DNA of 64,000 nt from Collinsella sp. GTDB lineage: Bacteria; Actinomycetota; Coriobacteriia; Coriobacteriales; Coriobacteriaceae. Position numbers and translations under genes: made by a program. Location of the stretch: contig DBFEIO010000026.1 in the NCBI GenBank assembly GCA_048330275.1, positions 14,662 to 78,661 of the forward strand. The letters are read 5' to 3'. The notes beneath the pieces are model-generated. The model was not told where the DNA came from. It made no database searches and saw nothing but the letters and a program-made list of their open reading frames with translations. Positions 17,678-26,740 of this stretch are shown piece by piece (the first letter of the stretch is position 1; each line of letters opens with the position of its first letter).

Positions 17678-20229
17678 TGATTCTGTGGGCATGCGACCGC
17701 TGGGAGGCGTACAAGGGACCCATCAAGACGCTGTTCGAGTGCGAGGACACGCGCGAGGTCAACGGCGAGAACGCCCTGAGCATCACAACGCTGGCGCGCC
17801 TGGACAAGGGCGACCGCCTGGTGTGGCGCGACCTCAAGGGCCGCTGGCACGAGAACATCGTGGACGGCGTGGAGGAGGAGCGCGCAAGCGCGGGCATCCT
17901 CTACACGTACTACTGCCCGACCTCGGCGCAAATCGAGCTCCTGGGCGACTACCTGGAGGACAAGCGCCCCTACGACGTGAGCGCCTACGCCGCGCTGGCC
18001 TCGGCGCTGTCCTCCTCGCGCTGGCAGGTCGGAACCGTGGCCGACCTCGGGCAGGCCGGCACGAACTTCTACCACACCAACGCATGGGCGGCCATCCACG
18101 ACGTGGCAGACACTTGGGGCGGCGAGCTGTCGTTCGAAATCCAGGTGAGCGGCACCAAGGTGACCGCACGCCGCGTGTGCATGGCCAAGCAGGTCGGCGA
18201 GGACAACGGCAAGCGTTTCACCTACGCCAAGGACCTCGTGAGCGTCAAGCGCAGCGTGGACGAGGGCAACGTGTGTACCGCCCTGTACGGCTACGGCAAG
18301 TCCCTGCAGACCGCCGACGAGGACGGCAACCTGACGGGCGGCTACGATCGCAAGCTGACCTTCGGCGACGTGAACGGCGGGCAGAACTGGGTGGGGTCGG
18401 CCGACGCGCTGGCGCGCTGGGGACGGCCCGACGGCAAGGGCGGCAAGGCGCACGTGTTCGGCGACGTGGAGTTCTCCGACTGCGAGGACGCCGCCGAGCT
18501 GAAGAAGCTCACCGAGGCGCAGCTGGCGCAGTCGTGCGTGCCCACCGTGTCCTACACCGTGGACGCCACGGCGCTTGCGCGCGCCGGCGAGGGCTTCGAG
18601 GGCGCGGACGAGGGCGACCTGGTGACCGTGGTGGACAAGGTGTACGACCCGCCGCTGCGCGTGCGCACCCGCATCACCAAGGTGGTGGAGGACCAGCTGC
18701 GCCCCGGCGAGGTCACCTACACGTTCGGCAACTACCAGACCGTGGCCGAGCTGATGGCCGCCCAGAAGTCCAGCGCAAAGAGAACGGCTTCGAGCATCCG
18801 CGCCACCGTGGCCGACGCGGTAAACGCGTCCAACAAGGCATCGACCGGCAAATGGGGCGAGAGCCTGGCGGCCTCCGAGAAGCGCCAGGAGGCGTTCGCC
18901 AGGGAGCAGGGCGGCGCGGCCAAGGACTACACCGACGAGGTGAAGGACGCGCTTGACAAGGCCCTCAAGGAGTACGCCGACAACGGGGACACCACGCTGG
19001 AGGAGGCGCTGAAGAAGTACTCCGACGACGGCAACCTGTCCCTTGAGGAAGTGCTCAAGCTCTACACCGACACGTCGATAGAGCAGAGCGAGAGCGTCCT
19101 CAAGCAGATAGACGAGGCCAACAAGGAGTACCTGGAAGGCGTCACGGACAAGCTCGACGTACGGCTGACGAGCGCCGAGGGCGAGGTGGAGGGGCTGCAG
19201 AAGCAGCTCGACCAGCTGCCGACCGATATCCGCAAGAAGATCGTGGAAATGCTCAACAGCGAGATAAACACCACGGGCGGCTGGGTGTACGAGGAGCCCG
19301 GCCAAGGCATCCTGGTGTACGACAAAAAGCCCGAGAGCGCCACCAAGTGCGTCAAGATAGGCGGCGGAATCATCGGCGTGGCCAACTCCAAGTACTCCAG
19401 CGGCGCGTGGAAGTGGCGCACGGCCATAACCGGCGACGGCGTGACCGCCGACGAGCTGACCACGGGCCGCATCAAAGGCGGGAACTCGTACTGGGACCTC
19501 GACAGCGGGGCCTTCTACCTGCGCGACGGCTCCATCTTCATGACCGACAGCAACGGCAACAGGGTCTATATCAACGCCACCAACGGCTTCCAGATATACG
19601 ACAAGAACGGCTCCATCATCGCGGGCACCGTGCTGGTGGGCAGCACCTCCATGTTCCGCTGCAACATGGTCGGCACGTCGTCAACCAACTACATCACCAC
19701 CGGCACGACGACGAACAACCACCCGGGAGCGTCGTTCGTGAACGGCTCGACCGAGTACTGCACCATCGAGGCCGTCCACGCGAAGGACAGCCCCACGGCG
19801 AGCTCGACCGACGGCGTGGGCATATCCACCTGCGGCTACGGCTTCCTGGCAGTCAACCGCTACTACCGCCAGACGTGGCTGACGACCCCCTACTACGCGG
19901 GCTACATGAGCCATCCCGACGAGCAGCTGTACATGAGGAGCGGCAACAGCAACGCGGGCGGCTCGGCGTACGTGAAGCTGCAGGAGAACTCCAACAACTA
20001 CGTGTACCTGGATAGCAGCCGCGCAGACATTGGGTCGTCGGGCACCGCCAGGATACTCGCCCCGAAGTTCGCCATAGGAACCAGTCCGAGCAGCGGCGGC
20101 ACCTACGGGTACACGGGCTCCACGCAGTTCATCGGGTGCATCACCAACAACGGCAACAACTGGACGTGGGGCACCATCAACGTGGTGAACGGAATCATCA
20201 CCGGCATGAGCAGCATCACGGGAAACTAG
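17677..20229 (+). CDS. Tail-associated protein (Tal; prophage-tail N-terminal domain)
   Basis: 850 aa after Dit. The N-terminal region resembles the prophage tail-endopeptidase family, with a central coiled coil. The family assignment is from recollection. Confidence 0.75.
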   Translation: MILWACDRWEAYKGPIKTLFECEDTREVNGENALSITTLARLDKGDRLVWRDLKGRWHENIVDGVEEERASAGILYTYYCPTSAQIELLGDYLEDKRPYDVSAYAALASALSSSRWQVGTVADLGQAGTNFYHTNAWAAIHDVADTWGGELSFEIQVSGTKVTARRVCMAKQVGEDNGKRFTYAKDLVSVKRSVDEGNVCTALYGYGKSLQTADEDGNLTGGYDRKLTFGDVNGGQNWVGSADALARWGRPDGKGGKAHVFGDVEFSDCEDAAELKKLTEAQLAQSCVPTVSYTVDATALARAGEGFEGADEGDLVTVVDKVYDPPLRVRTRITKVVEDQLRPGEVTYTFGNYQTVAELMAAQKSSAKRTASSIRATVADAVNASNKASTGKWGESLAASEKRQEAFAREQGGAAKDYTDEVKDALDKALKEYADNGDTTLEEALKKYSDDGNLSLEEVLKLYTDTSIEQSESVLKQIDEANKEYLEGVTDKLDVRLTSAEGEVEGLQKQLDQLPTDIRKKIVEMLNSEINTTGGWVYEEPGQGILVYDKKPESATKCVKIGGGIIGVANSKYSSGAWKWRTAITGDGVTADELTTGRIKGGNSYWDLDSGAFYLRDGSIFMTDSNGNRVYINATNGFQIYDKNGSIIAGTVLVGSTSMFRCNMVGTSSTNYITTGTTTNNHPGASFVNGSTEYCTIEAVHAKDSPTASSTDGVGISTCGYGFLAVNRYYRQTWLTTPYYAGYMSHPDEQLYMRSGNSNAGGSAYVKLQENSNNYVYLDSSRADIGSSGTARILAPKFAIGTSPSSGGTYGYTGSTQFIGCITNNGNNWTWGTINVVNGIITGMSSITGN

Positions 20230-20250
20230 ACCAGCGAGAGAGGAAACGGA

Positions 20251-20571
20251 ATGTTCTACCACCTTGTGCAGCAGCCCGAAGCGCCGCAGGCGCTCGACGG
20301 CGCGCCGAAGCCGCCCGAGGCGCTTCCGGTGTTCGAGTGCATCAGCGACCCGGCCACGGCGCGGGCCATCGTGGAATCGGAAGACGTGTTCGAGTTCGAC
20401 GGCAAGGGCGGCTTCACGCTCGTGTCCAGCCCCGTGGCCGTCATGGACGCGGAAGGCGGCGAGGCCAACGCCGTTGACTTCTCGGCGCTCACTGACGAGG
20501 AGATATGCGGGGTCCACAGAGCGCAACCCGGCGACATATCGCGGACACTTGCGGCCGAAGGAAAGGAGTGA
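20251..20571 (+). CDS. Hypothetical tail-module protein
   Basis: RBS GAGAGGAAA. 106 aa, acidic. Confidence 0.45.
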   Translation: MFYHLVQQPEAPQALDGAPKPPEALPVFECISDPATARAIVESEDVFEFDGKGGFTLVSSPVAVMDAEGGEANAVDFSALTDEEICGVHRAQPGDISRTLAAEGKE

Positions 20572-20574
20572 GGC

Positions 20575-21477
20575 ATGGCAACGCACGAGCTTACGCTCAA
20601 CCTCAAGAAGACCAACATAGCGCCGCCCGTCATCACCGTGCACCAGGGCGACAGCGCCGAGGTCCTGAAGGCCGCCATCTACGACGGCGACAAGAAGGCG
20701 GCCCTGACGGGCTGCAAGGTGCACCTCATGGCTGCGAAACCCGACCACACCTACGTGGAGCAGCAGTTCACTGGCATCAGCGACAACGTGGCCACCGTGA
20801 CGGTCGACCCCGCCGTCTTCGGCGTGGCCGGGCTGCTCAAGGTGTGCTACGTGCGTGTGCGAAACGCGGCGGGGCTGGACGCCACCACCGAGAACGTCCT
20901 GGTGAACGTGCTGCCCTCGGCGAGCGCGTCGGGCGAGATATCCGGCCCGTACGTCGATGCGGTGGAGGCGATCATCGCGAACCTCGAAGGGCAGCTAGCC
21001 GACGTGAGCGCGCTGAACGCGCAGATGCAGAAGGCCGAGGCCTCCCGCGCGAGCGCGGAAAACCAGCGCGCCACGAACGAGAAGGCACGCCAGACCGCCG
21101 AAACCAAGCGCGCAGAGGCCGAGAAGAAGCGAGCCACGGCGGAAAGCGACCGCGTGACCGAGGCGTCGCAGCTGAAGACGGCCTCGCAAGCCGCCACGGC
21201 TGCGGCAAACGGCGCGGCCTCGAACGCCGACGCGGCGGCAAACATCGCCCTGCAGATAGCCAACAGCGTGGCGCAGGGCAGCGCAGGCAGCTCGGACATG
21301 GCCAAGCAGAAGCAGCAGATAGCCGACCTGTACGGCAAGCTGGCCGACGCCACGAACGCGTTCATCTACGACGACGGCACCGTGTACTGCCCCGCCTCCA
21401 AGGCCAGCGCATCTGGCAGCACCATCACGTTCGGGAGCACCTGCACGGCGTCCGGCACAACCCTCAACCTCAAGTAG
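20575..21477 (+). CDS. BppU-like baseplate/fibre protein (N-terminal Ig-like domain plus Ala-rich coiled coil)
   Basis: The N-terminus (LTLNLKKTNIAPPVITVHQGDSAEVLKAAIYDGDK) resembles BppU_N, followed by an AEASRASAENQRATNEKARQTAETKRAEAEKKRATAE stalk. Confidence 0.6.
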   Translation: MATHELTLNLKKTNIAPPVITVHQGDSAEVLKAAIYDGDKKAALTGCKVHLMAAKPDHTYVEQQFTGISDNVATVTVDPAVFGVAGLLKVCYVRVRNAAGLDATTENVLVNVLPSASASGEISGPYVDAVEAIIANLEGQLADVSALNAQMQKAEASRASAENQRATNEKARQTAETKRAEAEKKRATAESDRVTEASQLKTASQAATAAANGAASNADAAANIALQIANSVAQGSAGSSDMAKQKQQIADLYGKLADATNAFIYDDGTVYCPASKASASGSTITFGSTCTASGTTLNLK

Positions 21478-21489
21478 AAAGGCAACGAA

Positions 21490-22398
21490 ATGGCACAAGC
21501 GAAAACCCTGTCGGTGGGCGGCATCGGCTACGAGGTCATCGACGATACCGCACGCAGCAACGCGCAGACGGCGCTCAACAACGCCGAGTACAACCGCCAG
21601 GGCCAAATCGGCAAGTACGGCGGGCAGAGCATCGCCACCATCCTGGCGGGAGAGATCGGCAGCGGCAGCGTGTACGACGCGCTGCACAAGCGAGCCGCCA
21701 ACGGCAACTTCGCGGGCCTGCGCGTGGGAGACTACATCGACGTGCCGCTGGTAAGCGCGTCGGGCGTGGCGGCCCAGCAGTCCGTGCGCTTCCTCCTGGC
21801 GCACTTCGACCCGTACTACTGCTGCGGCGACAGCTCCAAAGGCCACCACATCGCCTTCGTGGCCTCCGCGCCCATCGCCGTGGCCAAGACCGTGACCGGC
21901 GTTGCCAACGACAGCTTCCTGATGTGGAACACCACCAACACGAACCAGGGCACCGCCGACCGGAAATGCCCCTACCCCAACAGCAACCTCAAGGCGTGGG
22001 AGACGGCCTTCGAGGCGTGCCTGCCCGAGGGGCTGACCAAGTACCTGCTTACCCAGCGCGCGCTGCTTGAGGAGCGGTACAGCGCCAGCGGCGCGCTCAA
22101 CGACTCCAACTCGTGGAGCTGGCAGGATATCGGCAAGGTGTTCTCGCTGTCGGAGATGGAGGTGTACGGCTGCCCCGTGTGGGGGACGAAGGGCTACAGC
22201 GTGGGCTTCGACTGCCAGTTTGACCTGTTCCGAGACACGGCGCACCGAGTCAACGGAAATCGGTACGATTGGTGGTTGCGTTCCGTCATGGGTGGCTCCT
22301 CGTCCGACGTGTGCTACGTCGGCGGCAACGGCAATGCCCACTACTACTCGGCGACGAACGTCTGGGTTCGCCCCCGCCCCGGCTTCCTCGTCGGCTAG
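21490..22398 (+). CDS. DGR target protein: receptor-binding tail protein with a C-terminal C-type-lectin-like variable region
   Basis: The C-terminus (NRYDWWLRSVMGGSSSDVCYVGGNGNAHYYSATNVWVRPRPGFLVG) contains the VR. The WWLRS...VRP pattern is typical of DGR targets. Confidence 0.85.
   Translation: MAQAKTLSVGGIGYEVIDDTARSNAQTALNNAEYNRQGQIGKYGGQSIATILAGEIGSGSVYDALHKRAANGNFAGLRVGDYIDVPLVSASGVAAQQSVRFLLAHFDPYYCCGDSSKGHHIAFVASAPIAVAKTVTGVANDSFLMWNTTNTNQGTADRKCPYPNSNLKAWETAFEACLPEGLTKYLLTQRALLEERYSASGALNDSNSWSWQDIGKVFSLSEMEVYGCPVWGTKGYSVGFDCQFDLFRDTAHRVNGNRYDWWLRSVMGGSSSDVCYVGGNGNAHYYSATNVWVRPRPGFLVG
22259..22387 (+). repeat. DGR variable repeat (VR)
   Basis: 129-bp match to 22997-23125 with 9 mismatches, every one opposite an adenine in the TR copy. 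Confidence 0.9.
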
Positions 22399-22406
22399 CC
22401 AGCCGA
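22391..22406 (+). promoter_or_regulatory. Short hairpin (6-bp stem, 4-nt loop) 3' of VR; candidate DGR target-recognition structure
   Basis: tcggct-agcc-agccga. It overlaps the stop codon and lies just after a 14-nt G/C-only stretch (22369-22382). Confidence 0.4.
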
Positions 22407-22502
22407 GTGCTCTATACTCTGCTTTTAGGCGACCGCCTTGCGCGGTCGCCTCCTGCCCGCGAAGCGGGCCGTTTTTTTCGCCAGTTTCCCCAGGAGGTGC
22501 AC

Positions 22503-22973
22503 GTGAGCGGCGTCTACCAGCGCAACCGCGAGGTGTCCGAGTACAAGTTCTTCACACAGGCCATCGCCATCCGCGTGGAGGTTAATAAACTGATGGCGTC
22601 CTCCTCAGTAGTGCCCAAGGCCTACAGGCTGCTGAACGCGGTGCCGACCGTGGAGACGGCGCGCAGCATCGTGTACAACGTCAACCGCGCCGACTGCTTC
22701 TACCCTAACAGCTCGTTCAACGCGCTGGAGAGGAAACGCTACCTGACGCTGGCCATAGCGGACTGCGAGCAGCTTATGCTGGACATGCAGTGCCTCATGG
22801 ATATCGGCCTGCCCGTGAACGCCAACCGCTTCGAGGAGCTGGCGGCCATGGTCGAGGAGGAGATCAGGCTGCTGAAGGGGGCGCGCAAGAACGTGCGCGT
22901 GACGGGCAAGAAGTCCACCGAGGAACGCATAGCCGAGGCCGAGGCCGAGCTAGAGCGCCTGCGTTCGCTATAA
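22503..22973 (+). CDS. avd: Accessory variability determinant (Avd)-like protein
   Basis: GTG after AGGAGG. Helical, 156 aa, located between VR and TR exactly as in the mtd-avd-TR-brt layout. Confidence 0.65.
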   Translation: MSGVYQRNREVSEYKFFTQAIAIRVEVNKLMASSSVVPKAYRLLNAVPTVETARSIVYNVNRADCFYPNSSFNALERKRYLTLAIADCEQLMLDMQCLMDIGLPVNANRFEELAAMVEEEIRLLKGARKNVRVTGKKSTEERIAEAEAELERLRSL

Positions 22974-22996
22974 TGGACGGCGGTCGCGCCTTGTTT

Positions 22997-23125
22997 ATCG
23001 GTACAATTGGTGGTTGCGTTCCGTCATGGGTGGCTCCTCGTCCAACGTGTGCTACGTCAACAACAACGGCAATGCCAACTACAACTCGGCGACGAACGTC
23101 TGGGTTCGCCCCCGCCCCGGATTCC
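22997..23125 (+). repeat. DGR template repeat (TR), non-coding
   Basis: An invariant copy rich in AAC triplets (tcc AAC, gtc AAC AAC AAC, gcc AAC tac AAC). It lies 204 bp upstream of the RT start. Confidence 0.9.
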
Positions 23126-23328
23126 CTTATTGCCAGACCGAGTAGGCCCCAGGGCCGAAAGCAGAGCGCGAAGAGGAAGGAAGGCGCGACCATCGGGCAT
23201 GCGCCCGTAAATACGCACCCCGCGAGGGTGGCCGGACGCTGCTTGCATGGCGCGGCGCTCCGTGGCTTCGCCGCGTTTCATGGCCATACCTCAAGCGGCT
23301 GTCAGAGCCACATTGCAAGCCGTGCGGG

Positions 23329-24519
23329 GTGCTCTCTATGAACTCAGAGCAAAGAAGGGCCGCACGCCGCAAGCGCCGCGAGGAGAAGCGGGCCAAGGCA
23401 AAGGCCGAGCGTCTCAAGGCGTGCACCCTTGAGACGGTGGCCGACCTCAACAGCCTGTGCAAGGCTTCAAAGCAGGCCGCGCGGGGCGTCATGTGGAAGT
23501 CGTCCACGCAGCGGTACATGAAGGACTACCTACGCAACGCCGTCCTGTCCCGCCGCGACCTTTTGGAGGGCCGCGACATATGCCGGGGCTTCATACGGTT
23601 CGACCTATGGGAGCGCGGCAAGCTGCGCCACATCAGCGCCGTGCACTTCCCCGAGCGCGTGGTGCAGAAGTCACTGTCGCAGAACGCGCTCGTGCCCGCG
23701 ATCGTGCCCACCCTCATAGCCGCCAACTCCGCGAACATAAAGGGGCGCGGCACCGACTACGCCCTGAGGCTGCTCAAGCGCCACCTGGCCGACAACTGGA
23801 GGAAGCACGGCGACGATGGCTACATACTGCTCGGCGACTTTTCCGACTACTTCGCCCGCATAGCGCACGGCCCCGTCAAGGAACAGGTGGCTGCCGCGCT
23901 GCTCGATCCGCGAGTAATCGCCCTTGAGCACCGCCTGATAGACGCACAGGGCGAGGCTGGCCTGGGCCTGGGCAGCGAGCCGAACCAGATATGCGCGGTG
24001 GCGCACCCAAACCGCATCGACCACTACGTGGCCGAAATGCTGCGCCCCGAGGCCTACGGGCGCTACATGGACGACTTCTACCTGATCCACGAGTCCAAGG
24101 AGTACCTGCAGGTATGCCTGCTGCTCATAGAACGCGAGTGCGCGAAGCTCGGCATAGAGCTGAACCCGCGCAAGACCCGCGTGGTGAGGCTGACGCGCGG
24201 CTTCACGTGGCTGAAGAAGCGCATCTTCTACACGGAGACGGGCCGCATAGTCGTGAAGCCGTGCCGCGACTCCATCACGCGCGAGCGCCGCAAGCTGAAG
24301 AAGATGGCCCGCATGGTAGCCGATGGCATCATGACCCCCGAGCAGGTGGAGCAGAGCTACCAGAGCTGGCGCGGAGGCATGAAGCGGCTGGACGCGCACC
24401 GCAGCGTGCGGGCCATGGACGCGCTGTACCGCAGCCTGTTCGGAAATCCCGCGGGGGGGGGTTGCTCAATGCAATCCAAACCTGGAGGCGACACGGATGG
24501 GAACATGCCCCTACCCTAG
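23329..24519 (+). CDS. DGR reverse transcriptase
   Basis: RT motifs are present, including GRYMDDFYLIH (YxDD) and LGSEPNQ at the position of the DGR-type [ILV]GxxxSQ motif. Confidence 0.9.
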   Translation: MLSMNSEQRRAARRKRREEKRAKAKAERLKACTLETVADLNSLCKASKQAARGVMWKSSTQRYMKDYLRNAVLSRRDLLEGRDICRGFIRFDLWERGKLRHISAVHFPERVVQKSLSQNALVPAIVPTLIAANSANIKGRGTDYALRLLKRHLADNWRKHGDDGYILLGDFSDYFARIAHGPVKEQVAAALLDPRVIALEHRLIDAQGEAGLGLGSEPNQICAVAHPNRIDHYVAEMLRPEAYGRYMDDFYLIHESKEYLQVCLLLIERECAKLGIELNPRKTRVVRLTRGFTWLKKRIFYTETGRIVVKPCRDSITRERRKLKKMARMVADGIMTPEQVEQSYQSWRGGMKRLDAHRSVRAMDALYRSLFGNPAGGGCSMQSKPGGDTDGNMPLP

Positions 24520-24537
24520 CAACGGAAGGAGCGACCC

Positions 24538-24783
24538 ATGACGGAACAGGATATCGCCGGGGAGATCAACGGCTACAAACAGCAGCTTGAGCAGAGCGAC
24601 TACAAGGTCATGAAGGCGGTGGAGCGCATCTTCTCCGCATCGTCCATCACCGACCTGCTCTCGGCCATCGCCGCAGCTGCCAAGGAGGTGGCCGAGATCA
24701 TCTCGCAGCGCCAGACGTGGCGCGACCGCATCAACGAGCTGGAGGCCATGGAGCCCGACCAGCCGGAAGCGCCGCAGGAGTAG
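24538..24783 (+). CDS. Hypothetical phage protein
   Basis: GGAAGGAG RBS. 81 aa. A terminator follows. Confidence 0.5.
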   Translation: MTEQDIAGEINGYKQQLEQSDYKVMKAVERIFSASSITDLLSAIAAAAKEVAEIISQRQTWRDRINELEAMEPDQPEAPQE

Positions 24784-24785
24784 CG

Positions 24786-24825
24786 AGCGCCCCTTCGGGG
24801 GCGCTTTTCTTTTGCCCGGCGACAC
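24786..24825 (+). terminator. Rho-independent terminator followed by a conserved TGCCCGGCGACAC box
   Basis: agcgcccc-ttcg-ggggcgct then tttctttt; the box lies at 24813-24825. Confidence 0.6.
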
Positions 24826-24869
24826 CTCGCGGACAATCGCGGCAGCGATTCGAGGAGGTGAGAAAACGA

Positions 24870-25283
24870 ATGACCGACGTGCTGGAAATCTTCGCGCCGT
24901 ACGGCCCCGGGTCGCTTTTCGGCGCGCTGCTCGTCCTAGTGGTCCTGTACTTCGGCAAGCAGTTCCTCGAAGAGTTCAAGGCCCAGAACGAGCGCAAGGC
25001 GAACATCGACCTCAAGCGCGAAGAGCGAAAGCAGGACGAGGTGAACGAGCGGGCGCAGCGCGACCGCGAGCGCAGCCAGATGGAGGGCCGCATCGCCGCG
25101 CAGATGGAGCGCAGCAACGCGCTGATGGAGGCCATGAAGGCGCTCATGGAGTCCGTCGTTACCTCCAACGAGGTGCTGCACGCCGACCTGGCGAACAGCC
25201 AGGCGCGCAGCCAGGGCATGGCGGCGAAGGTCGACCACATCGCCGACCGCGTCGACCTGCTCTACAAGGAATCGGCTCGATAG
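24870..25283 (+). CDS. Membrane-anchored coiled-coil protein (lysis-module accessory?)
   Basis: GAGGAGG RBS. One N-terminal transmembrane segment (SLFGALLVLVVLYF), then a charged helix. Confidence 0.5.
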   Translation: MTDVLEIFAPYGPGSLFGALLVLVVLYFGKQFLEEFKAQNERKANIDLKREERKQDEVNERAQRDRERSQMEGRIAAQMERSNALMEAMKALMESVVTSNEVLHADLANSQARSQGMAAKVDHIADRVDLLYKESAR

Positions 25284-25296
25284 AAAGGAATCCGAA

Positions 25297-25602
25297 ATGA
25301 CAGAAATGCAAGCAATCGCAGCCATCGTGCTGTCTTTCGCCGTGCCGTTCGCGGTGCAGCTGATCAAGACCGAGGCCATGACCGGCAAGGCCGCCCGCGC
25401 CCTGGCGCTGGGCTGCTCGCTCCTGGCGGGCGTCGTGACCGGCTTCGTGGGCGGCGTGCCCACAGACCCGGGCGCATGGGTAACGTGCGCCTTCGCCGTG
25501 GTAGGCGGCGTGCAGGCGGCCTACACGCTGTTCAAGTCGGTAGGCATCACATCCAAGTGGCTCGACGCCCTGCTGGGCGTGACCGTAGGCGGGAAGGAGT
25601 AG
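25297..25602 (+). CDS. Holin-like membrane protein
   Basis: 101 aa with 3 predicted hydrophobic segments. Lies immediately upstream of the endolysin. Confidence 0.6.
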   Translation: MTEMQAIAAIVLSFAVPFAVQLIKTEAMTGKAARALALGCSLLAGVVTGFVGGVPTDPGAWVTCAFAVVGGVQAAYTLFKSVGITSKWLDALLGVTVGGKE

Positions 25603-25605
25603 GCA

Positions 25606-26418
25606 ATGGCTAAACTGTTCGTCATCTGCGGCCACGGCGCTGGCGACCCCGGCTGCTGCGCAGGCGGCTACACCGAGGCCGAGCGCGTTCGCGCCCTGGG
25701 CCAGCGAATCAAGGAACTGGGCGGTTCCGAGGTCGAGCTGGGCGATACGTCCCGCAACTGGTACGCCGACGGCGGGCTTAACCGCCTGAGCACCGACGCG
25801 CCAGTGGTGGAGCTGCACATGGACGCCAGCGGCATCGCCACGGCCCACGGCGCGCACGTCATCATCAAGGAGGGCTTTGAGCCTGACGAGTACGACAATG
25901 CGCTGGCCGACAAGCTGGCGGCGTTCATGCCCGGGCGCTCCGAGAAGCTGGTGCGCCGTTCCGACCTCGCGAACCCGAACCGAGCCGCCGCGCGCGGCAT
26001 CAACTACCGCCTGTGCGAGAACGGCTTCATCGACAACGACGGCGACCGCGAGAAGTTCAACGGCAACCTGGACGAGCTGGCGCGCATCTACCTGGAATGC
26101 TTCGGCATCACTGCTGGAAGCGCCCCCGCAGCCGTCCCGCAGCCGCAGCCTGCGCAGCAGGAAACGATCGAGAACTTCGGCGGCACCTACCGCTGCACTG
26201 TGGACTACCTGCGCGTGCGCGACGCCCCCGGCCTGGGCGGCACCGAGGTGGCGCACTATTCCAGCGGCGAGACCGTGACGCTGGATAACTGGTACAAGAT
26301 CGCCGACGGCTACGTTTGGGGCCGATACACGGGCTACAGCGGCGCAACGCGCTACATCGCCGTGGGCAAGGCCACGGGCAAGCCAGAGGCCGACGACTAT
26401 CTGGTGAAGGTGGGATAG
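25606..26418 (+). CDS. Endolysin: N-acetylmuramoyl-L-alanine amidase with a C-terminal SH3-like domain
   Basis: The pattern ICGHGAGDPGC...ELHMDAS...ENGFIDN is Amidase_3-like. The C-terminus (YRCTVDYLRVRDAPG...YVWGRYTGYSG) is SH3-like. Confidence 0.85.
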   Translation: MAKLFVICGHGAGDPGCCAGGYTEAERVRALGQRIKELGGSEVELGDTSRNWYADGGLNRLSTDAPVVELHMDASGIATAHGAHVIIKEGFEPDEYDNALADKLAAFMPGRSEKLVRRSDLANPNRAAARGINYRLCENGFIDNDGDREKFNGNLDELARIYLECFGITAGSAPAAVPQPQPAQQETIENFGGTYRCTVDYLRVRDAPGLGGTEVAHYSSGETVTLDNWYKIADGYVWGRYTGYSGATRYIAVGKATGKPEADDYLVKVG

Positions 26419-26421
26419 GCC

Positions 26422-26733
26422 ATGCCGTACCCGAGCCCCGCAGACGAGGAGCGCAACGGCGGGTGCGGCCCCATCCTCGCGGCGGTCGTCCTGCTGTTCA
26501 TCGTCCTGGCCGCCGCCAGCTGCGCGTCGCAGGCCATGGGAGCGCAAGACGTGACCGTGAGGCAAGCCCGCACGGACGGCCCCATATACGACCTGCCCGA
26601 GGGCATCGGCCAGGAAATCGTGTGCGACGAGCACAACCGCGAGTACCTGCTGCTTACCACCGAGCAGGGCGGCGTGTTCCTCATGCCGTACATGGACGAG
26701 GACGGCGAGCAGGAGATCATGCCGCAGGCCTAG
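26422..26733 (+). CDS. Small membrane-anchored protein (last prophage gene)
   Basis: One transmembrane segment (ILAAVVLLFIVLAAASC). A terminator follows. Confidence 0.45.
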   Translation: MPYPSPADEERNGGCGPILAAVVLLFIVLAAASCASQAMGAQDVTVRQARTDGPIYDLPEGIGQEIVCDEHNREYLLLTTEQGGVFLMPYMDEDGEQEIMPQA

Positions 26734-26740
26734 AACGCAA

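Noticed and set aside
22790-23341. ORFs overlapping the template repeat and spacer (22790-23341, 23007-23210, 23057-23287, 23127-23519).
   Set aside because: The region is the non-coding TR plus spacer RNA of the DGR. The apparent ORF 23007-23210 merely mirrors the VR reading frame, and none has an RBS.
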